The notes beneath the pieces are model-generated. The model was not told the origin of the DNA. It did no database searches and saw only the letters and a list, made by a program, of their open reading frames with translations. Positions 10,778 to 21,000 of a DNA stretch of 64,000 nucleotides are shown piece after piece; the stretch's first letter is position 1, and the number at the start of each line of letters is the position of its first letter. Origin of the DNA: Channa argus (Eukaryota); NCBI RefSeq assembly GCF_033026475.1, contig NC_090210.1, positions 20,319,376-20,383,375 on the forward strand, read 5' to 3'. The position numbers were made by a program, and so were the translations under genes.

Positions 10778-12544
10778 GGGGAGAATCTGCCGCAAGGGAA
10801 GAAAAGTGCTGAAATTTGTGCCAACACCCACGCTCTTTTGGCCCTAAACACTACCAACTTTTTTCCTCAACACTCACCAAGTAGCAGCACATTTAACTCG
10901 GCATTAACCAACCACCTACCATAAACTGACCTACTCAGAAAAAGAAAATGAAAATAAAAAAAATCCCCCCTTAAAATTCCCCCTGAAATGTGTACAGGTA
11001 ATAGAAAACAGACAACACCTAGTAACGGCAGCCCCCATTCACCAAAAACAGGCCTCAACCTCCAGCTAGTTAAAAATAAAGCAATGTAACAGTTCGCGCT
11101 TTCAGTGTGAGGTTGGTTCATTTGGGTTAAGCCGAGGAAAGAAAACATTCATCCAATGTATGACTTGGAACAATACTTTTTGCAAAATACTTGATAAAAT
11201 GATCAATCCCATTTGGAGGGAAAAAAAAAATACACAGGAGAGGTTTCGGAGTGACTTTTCCTCCACATTCCTTCCCAAGTTCAGGATCCCTCTGGGGCGA
11301 GTTCCATCGTTTTGGGGTGATAATTATTATTTGACATTTTTGAATGTTGTGCAGATGCAAGCCAAGTCTGTAAAAAGACAGAAAACAGCTCCGCTTCTGT
11401 TCCAACACGGGTTTCGACCACAGATTAGATTTTTGTTTGAGTTTGGCTTGAAAAGGTCTAGAACAAGCCCAGATTGACTGATCCAAACTGAGGGTAGTGG
11501 GTGACACCAACTGTAGCTTCCTCTTAGGGTCGTCCACTCAAATACAGGCTTGCATCTGAGAGCGACAGTGAGATTTTGTTTGTTGAGTTACACATTTTTA
11601 TTGGGATTTTATTGGGATTCAGTGTAGTCTCCTGTAAGGGTGGAAAAAGAATTGTTATTAGACAAAGTAATGCACACTGTAACAACTGTACTAAAGTCTG
11701 CAACATGCCTGAGCAGTATGGATAAAATTGATTAACAAATGAAAATTCAGTGTATAAATACATCTAAATGTCTGATAGACAGGGGATGCATATATGCTTC
11801 AGTGTATATACAGTGCCCCTCATGAAAATAAGAATAAGTGAAAACAGATAACATTTAGCAGATCCAACAATGCCCATCCAAGCTAAATGTGTATTGTTAT
11901 GATTTAAAGTTTGCACCCCCCCCCTCCATTTAAATGGCTTCGAAGGGTATTCAAACTTTACCCTAAACCCAACATAACAATGCATATTCAGCTAGTTCAA
12001 ATGTTCTTTTTTTTTCATCATCATCAGTAGTAAAAAAAACAATTGTGTAAAAATTAGATATGGGAACACATTTAAATTAGTTACTTAACTCACTTTGAGC
12101 ATGATTTAAAAGTGGCAACTTCCAATAGGAAAGTAAAAACTTTTATAGACATTGAACAGTATCCATCTGCATTTGAAGATTATTTAAAATTTTGTTCCCT
12201 GCATACAGTTTCTGTGCGGACTTAAAAGTATTATTTCAAACAGGGACTGTTAATTTAGATGAGAGGTATATAAGATAACACAACATCTTGGTATCTGCAT
12301 GTATCGTCGATTCAAAGCTGACAAGCACCACAGATATAAGTCTGCTGGGTTTGTTATGGAAAAATTGAGCACTATTGACAATGAGCTACTGAACTGACAC
12401 TGTGCCATATTCTAATTTAACTCAGCTTCATCTTATTAGTAGCACTGCTGTGGCCAGTGTTGGAACTGAAACTGCATATCCTGGTCATTTGGTAAAGTCT
12501 TACACATACACACCTGAGTCGGTTTGGTCACTGTGACCCGTTTG

Positions 12545-12602
12545 TCAGTTGAAGGGATGTTCAGGGCAGCAGGGCTTTACCTTGGACCAAGAATCAATGC
12601 AG
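12545..12602 (-). CDS. znrf: ZNRF-like terminal exon, (S)CIDSWSKVKPCCPEHPFN, then TGA. It completes the RING-H2 finger.
   Basis: Same length and ligand pattern as the ZNRF1 C-terminus SCIDSWFEVNRSCPEHPAD. The acceptor is ttctccctgtag. Phase matches the upstream exon (AG + C). Confidence 0.7.
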
Positions 12603-13825
12603 CTACAGGGAGAACAAACATAGTGGTGAGGATGCAAAAATATTACATTTAGTTAAAATGTAGTGTAGGTTTTTTAGATATTCCATAATTTGTTTTGGAA
12701 AACTGGGCATTTTATTTCAAAGACAGAATGACAGCCAACACCATTTACTCTCATGTTTTAACCATAGTTACTAAGTTGCAGTGTCTCAACTGTGAACATC
12801 TGCTACTATTTCTCTCCCTTTTGTGATATAGCACGGCTGGATTTTTGAATCATTGATCAAACAAAAGAAGCTATGTGAATCTGTCACATTGAGCTTTGGG
12901 AAACTGTGATAATAATACAGGGTACAAAGAATAGAGATACTTGTAGTTCTAGATTTTTATTTTGCCTTTAAAAGTTTGGGACTTTTTTTCTTGCCAAGTC
13001 TCAGCTCAACTGGGTGGATTAAATGTTAATTTAATTTGTTAGACAACAACCACACCTACAACCTATGGAGCAAAACTGAAAGCCTTCAAGATCAAAATGA
13101 AAGACAGACACACAGTTGACTGACTGCTGACTAAACCCAAAATAATGACAAAAGGTAGTCATTAAAAATAGCAGGCAGGATCTTGACTATAACTGACGCA
13201 CTTATCTTTGTCAGTTTCAAGTCTCTGCAAGTTAATTACAGTAAACCAAAGCTGCATGGAAGTTGGAGAAACAAAAACCCTAAACGTGGCGTGAAAACAT
13301 TTGGAGATTACAGCATGCTCTTAAAATGAGAAATGACTGGCACATGATCGGTAGTAAATGGGCTGAAACACACACAAACACTGGTGGCACTTTAACACCT
13401 TCATTCCCTTGCAAATATATCCTTTCAAAAAGACCAGTAGATCGGCAACTATGTGCAATTACAATATAAATGCAACTGTTTTTACAGTTGTGAAACTTCA
13501 TTTAGCAAAATAAAGTGTTACAAGGTCAGAAATACAATACTATTGTTCTTTTGATAGGTAATCAACTGGCTCACTGACTGGCGCTGTGACTCTTTAATCA
13601 CAGGTTTAGGATAATGATTCTTAATTACAATGCCTCAGGCAAACAGTTATGAACATTTCATTGGAATAAACAACAAGTTTTGTTTCCTTATTTTCTGAAA
13701 CCTTTTTCATGTCTGGAAATTGGAAAATACGAATTTTTTTTTAAATACACATTTTTCACTCATCTTAACTTTTCAATATTCCAGTATTTTATTAAAATGC
13801 AAATACATCAACTGAAGTGTTTCAC

Positions 13826-13931
13826 CTCTTATGGTAGACACAGAGGCAAGCCAGCCTCGCAATGGTCTCTCCTTGTACCAGATCCTCCAAACAGATGGAG
13901 CATTCTCCGCTGTCTTTACTGAGCACGTCCG
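13826..13931 (-). CDS. znrf: ZNRF-like exon 3, (T)DVLSKDSGECSICLEDLVQGETIARLACLCVYHK(S), the RING-H2 core.
   Basis: Near-identical to ZNRF1/2 DVLTKDAGECVICLEELLQGDTIARLPCLCIYHK. The acceptor is gtttacag and the donor is AG|GTGAAA. Confidence 0.8.
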
Positions 13932-14018
13932 CTGTAAACACAAACACCGAACAACCACAAGCTTTTACAGCCTATTCAAAACTCAACCGCCGGGGCTTTT
14001 CTGTTATATGACACTTAC

Positions 14019-14114
14019 TATTGTAAGGTAGGGGAGGAGATGTGAGGCAGCTCAACAGGTGATCCTCAATCCGACCCCCAGGGAAAGGCTTTGAGCAGAA
14101 AGGACAGCGGATAT
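14019..14114 (-). CDS. znrf: ZNRF-like exon 2, (N)IRCPFCSKPFPGGRIEDHLLSCLTSPPLPYN, a C2HC zinc finger (C-x2-C…H-x3-C). An alternative acceptor at 14135 would add MQSLLCTD.
   Basis: Matches the ZNRF1 zinc finger FKCPICSKSVASDEMEMHFIMCLSKPRLSYN. The donor is A|GTAAGT. Phase is consistent with exon 1 (it ends with one extra base). Confidence 0.7.
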
Positions 14115-15288
14115 CTGTACAGAGCAGAGATTGCACTGTTGTGTAAGAGATATAAATAAAAGATAAATGTTCACATCACAATGAGCACAAATACCATGTA
14201 TGGATATTTAGATTGCACGCTCAAGACCAGAACGAAACCCACTCTGTCAGCATAAAGGCTAATGATTGACGTTACCTTAGGTTTAATTGACTCCCGAGTA
14301 GTTTGAAGCTTTATCTGGCTTTTATGCACAATGCAAAACAGCAACTCCAGTCTGACTCTTTCATGGATGGGGACAGAAAACAGTGCCACGCTGCCCTAAA
14401 TTCTCCTCATTCTATGAGCGGCTGCCAACAGATAGCAGGCATGTGGAGTTGTGACCCATTTCCCCACACTTGCTAGAGGGCTGGCCTGGGAAAGCCACCA
14501 CACTTGTGTTTTGGCTGTGTGTAAATCTAATTTGTTATGCAGTGCACGGATTATGCATTTTCACTTCCCATTTGCACTTCTACCAACAGTGCGAAAAGGT
14601 GGTTGGTTGCTTAAGGCTTTTAACTTGCACGCTGCAGGATCTACCATTGACAGCGGCTGTAAACATTCATTGGGACATGACAGAGCCTACATGTCACCAC
14701 TTCTAGTTTTACACCATAGGTCTGCGTCATACAATAGGGTCTCTGATGATTTTAGTCAGCATGCAAGCACGAGAATGGGGATCATCTGTTCAGGAATGCG
14801 AATTCCTCAAATAATCCATTTTAATTTCGGACTAATAGACTGAGGGTTGCATTGGGAGAAATGAGGCAAAATTCACGTTGTGATGAAAGACTTAATGCCT
14901 GAACACCTTCCCGAGCCGTAAGGCTTAGTTCACTTCAATGCTTTATAGATTTATTTTACTATCATGGTGACCATCAGTAAGACAGTGCTGCTTTTTCACC
15001 CTTGGGTTAAACATCAGCTGACTTATTAAAATATAAAGTCATTCCCCGAATTTCGTAACAGTTCGATGTTGAGGTATTGCGTAATGCAATTGTGCAGACA
15101 TGGCCCAGCTCTAGCACCATGACTTTCATGCAACTTGTTATAAATGACATTCCCGTACATGAGCCGACGTCTAAAACCAAGCAGACCACAAACCAAAGAT
15201 GCAGACGTGTGTCACACGGTTATTTCTGTACCACCAATAATGGCAGTGACATGTGTGATAAATGCTGCTGCGCTGTATGGTAACTTAC

Positions 15289-15814
15289 TGGCATGGCGGT
15301 TATTGACACGGTAGAGGCCGATCCAAGCTTCTGACACCGGCCGCTGGTGTGTGCCTCGGACCCGGGCGGATCTTGCGCCAACGCTGCGGGCGGAAGAGTG
15401 TCGATTCCCGGGCAGCCGCTCGGAAAAAGTGCGGTGTGGTGTGCGGCCCGTCTCCTCTCCCGGCTGATGTTCAGCGTCAGCGGTAGCCCCCGGGCTAATA
15501 TTCCCGTCTTCCTCGGGTTTCCCCTCGCTGTTGTTGTCGTCCGCAGGGGAAGCTTGGCTACTGCCAGAGGGCATGCTGTGGTGGTCAGCGGGGGTACCGT
15601 CGGCGCTCGCCCCGTGCTGCCCCAGGTCCGAGTCGCTTCCCTCCTCGGATCTGCTCCTGTTGGCCTCCGTGTCCTCGAAGCTCCCCGAGAAGTCGACCAT
15701 GAGACTGGTGGGCCTGGTACAGCGGGTTCGCCGATAGGAATCCCGCTTTGTGCCCTCTTTTCCAAAAGCAGAGGGCACCGGGTCTTCCTGTAGGCGGCTT
15801 GCTCTCGTCCCCAT
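15289..15814 (-). CDS. znrf: ZNRF-like exon 1. The ATG is at 15814 with a good Kozak context (agagATGG). It encodes MGTRASRLQEDP… followed by about 170 aa of S/D/E/R/G-rich low-complexity sequence. The donor is CCA|GTAAGT at 15288.
   Basis: It fits the N-myristoylation consensus M-G-x-x-x-S, as in ZNRF1 (MGGKQS) and ZNRF2 (MGAKQS). It ends in a consensus donor, and downstream exons encode the ZNRF zinc finger and RING. It lies in a CpG island, so the overlapping ORFs on other frames are ignored. Confidence 0.65.
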
Positions 15815-16846
15815 CTCTAGCAGGAGCTAATCCAGCTGGCTAACCGAGCTGCTGCTTCCTCAATGCGAACCACCAGAGAACAAGGGGACGAGATACGCTC
15901 CGAAACGCGTGTTAAACAGACAGATATTCGGCTGTGAACTCCAATTAACAACAGCTGTCCGGAAACGGGCTTCGCCGAAGATAATATGTCGTTCAATGGT
16001 CTTTCTCCGTCCTCAAACTGTAATTTCGATGCACATTTTCCTTCCCTTTTCAACGCACCCGTTCTCGTTGCTGCAGCGGAAGTGAAGCATTTTAGCTTCC
16101 TCTTTTGAGCCGTACACAAACAGTTACGGTAACGTCACTCTGCCGGTTTTTTTTTTCATTTAAAATTAAACTCTTAAAATAAAGATATTCCAATAAAACA
16201 ACACTTATTTCCGCAGTAGTTTTACAGATAATATTTTATTGATTAGAAAACGCTGTAGAAGAACTCATGCTAATTTCTTAAATAAAAGTGCAGTACTTGT
16301 GCAAAAGCCTGCTTCAGTTCCAATTCTGTGCTTACTAAGTACATGCTTTAAATTTCCAATAAGTGCATAAGTACTCTGTTAGGAAAACCGATTTCTCCCG
16401 GTGGACATCAATGTGACTGGATTACTTATCAAAAATTTATTTATTTGATAAATTATTGAACTTGGTGTGGGTGATAAAACAAATGTACACGTTTAGACAA
16501 TATTTGTTTTACATGCGATTTAAATACTTAACAAGCCAAGGCAGTTAAATGTCCTAATATATTTTTTCATTATATTAATTATTATTATCATTATTGGTAC
16601 GTTAATTATTATAATATGCTTGCAGTACTTATGCATGCAAAGCAGGGAAGTGGCAATAACGAAAATAAAGAAAAATTTCAGCCTCACCCAGGCGCCCGTA
16701 TGTGTTATATTACGGCGAAAAGTACAAACGTATTGACCAATCAGAGCGCTCCAGTCTGAGGCCAAGTTGTTGTATGAGGAAGTAAAAACTGAAGTGAATC
16801 CACACTTGGCTCAACAGAGCTTTCAAAACAGAAGCTAAATTGAAAG
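15815..16846. promoter_or_regulatory. CpG-island divergent promoter region. The ZNRF-like TSS and 5'UTR lie at about 15815-16130 on the - strand. A TEP1 non-coding first exon lies at about 16760-16846 on the + strand, with a GTAACG donor at 16847. A CCAAT box (gaccaatcagagcg, NF-Y type) is at 16735-16748.
   Basis: High CpG density across 15300-16130. The CCAAT box sits about 25-100 bp upstream of the putative + strand exon. No other coding sequence lies between the two divergent genes. Confidence 0.5.
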
Positions 16847-18032
16847 GTAACGTTTTCCATCAGAGAGCAAGCTCATTTAGAGTCAGTGCTTTGCCTGTGG
16901 AGTTTTTTGTTGTGGGCTTTGCGTTGACGCTGGCTCGTAGTCAGTGGGGTAGGAAACTTCTTGTGAGTTCAGTAACTGCAGTAAAATGCACTGGTTGTCT
17001 AAAACGTCTATACTCCAAGAGTATATGAATAAATGTAATGTAGTAATTTACAAACTACTGAAGGAGTAATAGCAGTAAAGTAAAACAGTAGCTCTGAACC
17101 TTCTTAAAATTAACAGCATTAGGGTTGCAGGTAATGATAGTGTTAGTTGTAATATTTTATCCTCTTCCAACATTTTAAACTTGTCAGTAGTTTTGTCTAA
17201 AACATGTCACTAATAGCAGCAAATACCTATCATAATTTCTCGGTCTGCTGATATTCATTCAGACATTCACAGGCTCCTGTCCAAATATTTGTGGAGCATT
17301 TTTCTGCGTAAAGAGTGAATAAAATGTACAACCAAATCCATGATAAGTTTTCTGTTGCTGAGTCAACGTAGTTCATATATTTATTTAGGCCTTTGTCTAG
17401 AGTCTGGTTATTGGTTTGCAGCAAGCTCGTCCTCATAGCTGACTCTTTTGTCCAGCCAGCACTTTAATGAATTATACGCTGTATCTGGAATTTGTGATTT
17501 TCATTTTCATGAAATCCCGAATGGCTCTTTGATGTTGTCATGACAGTTCCCAGACTTTGCTCCTTTTTTACGTTGCTTTCAGTTGAGAAACACACCCTTC
17601 ACCATAAAACAATGCTTGTTCAAACAGTTGACATAAAAGTGCTGAGCTGCTTATCTCAATAGTTGATGTTGTCATGGATGGGGAAGATTTTTGATTGAGA
17701 GGAAAGGTTCACATTTGCAGTAGACATGAGACTTGCTGTTTTCTTAAAATGTGTAAATAAATGTGTTTTCTTTTAAAGTGTTTGTGTTATTACTTGAGTG
17801 TCTATGTACAGCACTTTGGTCAGTTGTAGTTGTGTTAAAGTGCTCCATAAATAAATATAATTTGAGTTGAACTACTACAAATGGTTTAAAATATTTAAAT
17901 AGCTCAGTTTTCGATGCCTCTTATTTGACTGTATGACCATTTTAATAACATTTCTTGATCCATGATCAGCATTCTGAGGAAATTGATGTTCTGACTTTAG
18001 AGGAGAAGGAGGTCGATGATGCTGATTCAACA

Positions 18033-21000
18033 ATGGCATTACCTGTTTTGGAACCTGTGTTGGGAAACCAAGAAGTACAACAAACAATGCTAATGAGACA
18101 GCTGGAGTTTGCTGCGTTTGTTAAAGGAAAAGAAAATATTGGAGAGGAGCTGAGGGATACAAAGGTAGAAGCATTGACAATTTATCTATCAAAGCTAACA
18201 AATGATACTTGTGTTCATTTTATATGCCACTTAAAGCAACTATAACTTCTCTGTGAACAACTACATCTTTGTGTTCCTGTCTGTCCTCCAGTATCTCCTG
18301 CTAAATGAGGTATATTGCTCCCTTGTCAATACGAACACAGCTCCAGGTGAAGCGGACTGGGACTCGGGGGACAGCATTTGGACCAGGATTATAAAACTGG
18401 CAAAGGACATTTCTGTCTCTGACCCACATTTTCTACTCAAGGTGCGTACGCCTAATTGGACTGTAGCCTCCAAGGTGCAGTAGTAAACTGTTCTTCAAGG
18501 TGCTCGGCAGGTAGGTGGTTCCAAGCAGAAGACGGCTCCAACAGAACCAGGCTCAGGGAGGGTGGCAACAAGAAGCAACGGATGATGTTGAGATCAGTGC
18601 AGGGGGACGAACCATGTATTGCAGGTTTTAGTTGTGTTTGAGGTTGAGTTGCCTTGCTGTAGAATTAATTTAGAATTTATCAGACACCACTGTGATGACT
18701 CTATATGATGAATAAGAATCTAAACCTTTAAATTGGCAAAAACCTTTGCACAGTACTATATACAGTATATTATATACTGTTATATAAGTTATCCAGCCAT
18801 CCATCATGTATTTTAACTGTTTATTCTGTTATGAGTCACAAGAGGTGCCAATCCCAGTTGTCAATGAGTGGACTACAGGGTACACTCTGGACAGGTCACC
18901 ACTCTGTCTCAGGGTTGACCATTCACACCTACAGGTGAACAAAGTGTCAACATAGTACCTAACATGAAAAAGACTTGGAGGAAGCACAGGGAGAAAAATG
19001 CAAACTTCATACAGAAAGGAGTTTCAAACCAGAGATCTAGCTGTGAGCCAGCAGCATTAACCCGTCCGCCACCACGCTGCCCACGTTTGAGTTATACTAT
19101 ATTCAGATAGTTGAGTTACTTGTTTTGCTCGTTTTCTTTTAAAACCATGGATTGTTACATCAGTATCTTTTTTTGAAAGATGTCAGTGGCTTTTGTTTTC
19201 ACGTCAAGTATTCTGACATGTAACTGATTTAGGCTGGGAAAGTAAGCTAAGACGGCAAAGAGTAAGTAAGGTCATATAAGCTGTATATCTTCCTATTTTC
19301 CACTCCAGGTCGCAGTGTACAGTCGACAGGATTTAAACGTTTGTATCACAGCAAGCTTTTTATTGGCTCTGGCTGCCAGTCAGCCAACCACCAAGCCTCA
19401 TGTCCGCAGATACTTCTGTTCTGCTGTCCAGCTGCCCTCTGATTGGCTGGAAGTAGCCAGAATCTATAGCACAGTAAGTTTCAGTGAGCGTCTGCTGTGG
19501 ATTTAATCTCGATGTGCCCATTCGGTCTAAACATTACGATTGTCTGATTCCAGTGCTTCAGCCGCTCCCTGCCGACATGCCTGAAGGTGGCAATGGCTGA
19601 CAAGTTCAAGCAGTTCAGCAAAAATCAACTGGCAGAAGACTACACACGTGTACAGCAGTGTAAATACAGAAGAAAGGGCAAGGTATAGTCATTTTTGTCT
19701 GTCTCTTATAACTCCCAAGTTCATAAGTACATCATGATTTATGTGTTTAAGTGTTTTAAGTGTTTTTTTTTAGTCTTCCCTTTGTCAGGGTGATTTCTGA
19801 GGCAATTTCCTTTATATGATACCTTGATCTATCATATTTCTGATATATTATGATCACAGACCATATATACAAATTTTTATCATGATACTTCATCACCCAT
19901 TTTTTTTTAATTTCAACCACTGGTAAAAGGATTGGTTATCCATTTCCACAGAAAAGACTCAGACTTCAATACAAGTAAAATCTTTATTTTAAACCCCATT
20001 AAGAATACGCTTTGAATGTTCAGTGTTTCAAATGAGCTCAAATCGTAAGATAAAAAAAAAAATAAGTGCAAACACCATCTGAATTTTAACTTGACATATC
20101 CATCAAGCACTGTGTTTCCGGTAGCTGCTAAATAAATCTTAATCCCGTAGACTTAAGGCACTGAAATGGCTTCAGGTCGAATTCTTCATTTCCCAAGTGT
20201 CTAGTGCAGATTTAGAGCCCAGAACAAAGTCTGGTAAATCAAAGAACGGTTGTGGAATGTTTTACATTGGTTGCTCACACCTGTCTGGACCTTCATGTTT
20301 GCATTCTCAAAGTTAGAAACTAGTACATTTAAAGCAGATAATAATATTACACCGCTTTTATGTTATGAAAATATAAATTAATAGGTGTCACAAATGTTTG
20401 GTTCTGCAAACATTATCTTTGATTTCCAGAAACCAAATGATCAGCAGCTGAAAAAGTGGGCAGACTTGGTCAGAGCAGATGTATGTGTTCTGAAGAATTT
20501 TGTAAGTGTACTTTTTTGTTATGTCTTGAAAATAAGGTTTGGAATTACTTATAAATTGTAAGCAATTTTTTGTTTATCAATTAATGGTGCTTTTGCTGTG
20601 TTTGCAATTCTTAATGTGGTTTAATTAAGAATTAAAAACTAATAAAATAGAAATTCTATACCTTTCTTTGTGTTGGGCAAATTTAGATTTCTTCCATGTC
20701 GTCGTAGATGCGGTATCATTATCGAACAGATTGGGAGCATTGGTTTTTGTATGTTTGCAGATGCAGGTAAAAGACAGTGAAGAGGTGGTGGAAAAAAAGA
20801 AGAGTGATTTCAGTATGAAGACGATGATCAAGAGACTCCACATTAAAGAACCAGCCGAACATGTTATGGCCATTCTGGGAAAAAAGTAAGATACTGAACC
20901 ACATTGAACCAAATTGTTTTCCTCTGTTAATTTTTATTGGACTGTGAGGTCTGGACACTGACCCAGATCTGCATTGAAAATGTCTTAATGGTTTGTAGAC

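Noticed and set aside
10264-10924. ORFs encoding THTHTHTH… or CVCVCVCV… stretches (10412-10831, 10546-10857, 10570-10812, 10640-10924).
   Set aside because: They are translations of the (AC)n/(GT)n microsatellites, not coding sequence.
8200-11550. An A/C-rich, low-complexity 3-kb tract that looked like it might hide another gene.
   Set aside because: No frame has conserved coding potential. It is best explained as the long 3'UTR of the minus-strand ZNRF-like gene (stop at 12545, AATAAA at about 9575 on the - strand) plus intergenic sequence and promoter of the TMBIM1-like gene.
15212-15814. Three long overlapping ORFs on both strands in the GC-rich block (15220-15765 on the - strand; 15347-15793 and 15531-15737 on the + strand), alongside the MGTRASR… frame.
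   Set aside because: CpG-island sequence is stop-codon-poor in all frames. Only the MGTRASR frame has an ATG in Kozak context, ends at a consensus donor and connects in phase to ZNRF zinc-finger and RING exons. The others are compositional artefacts.
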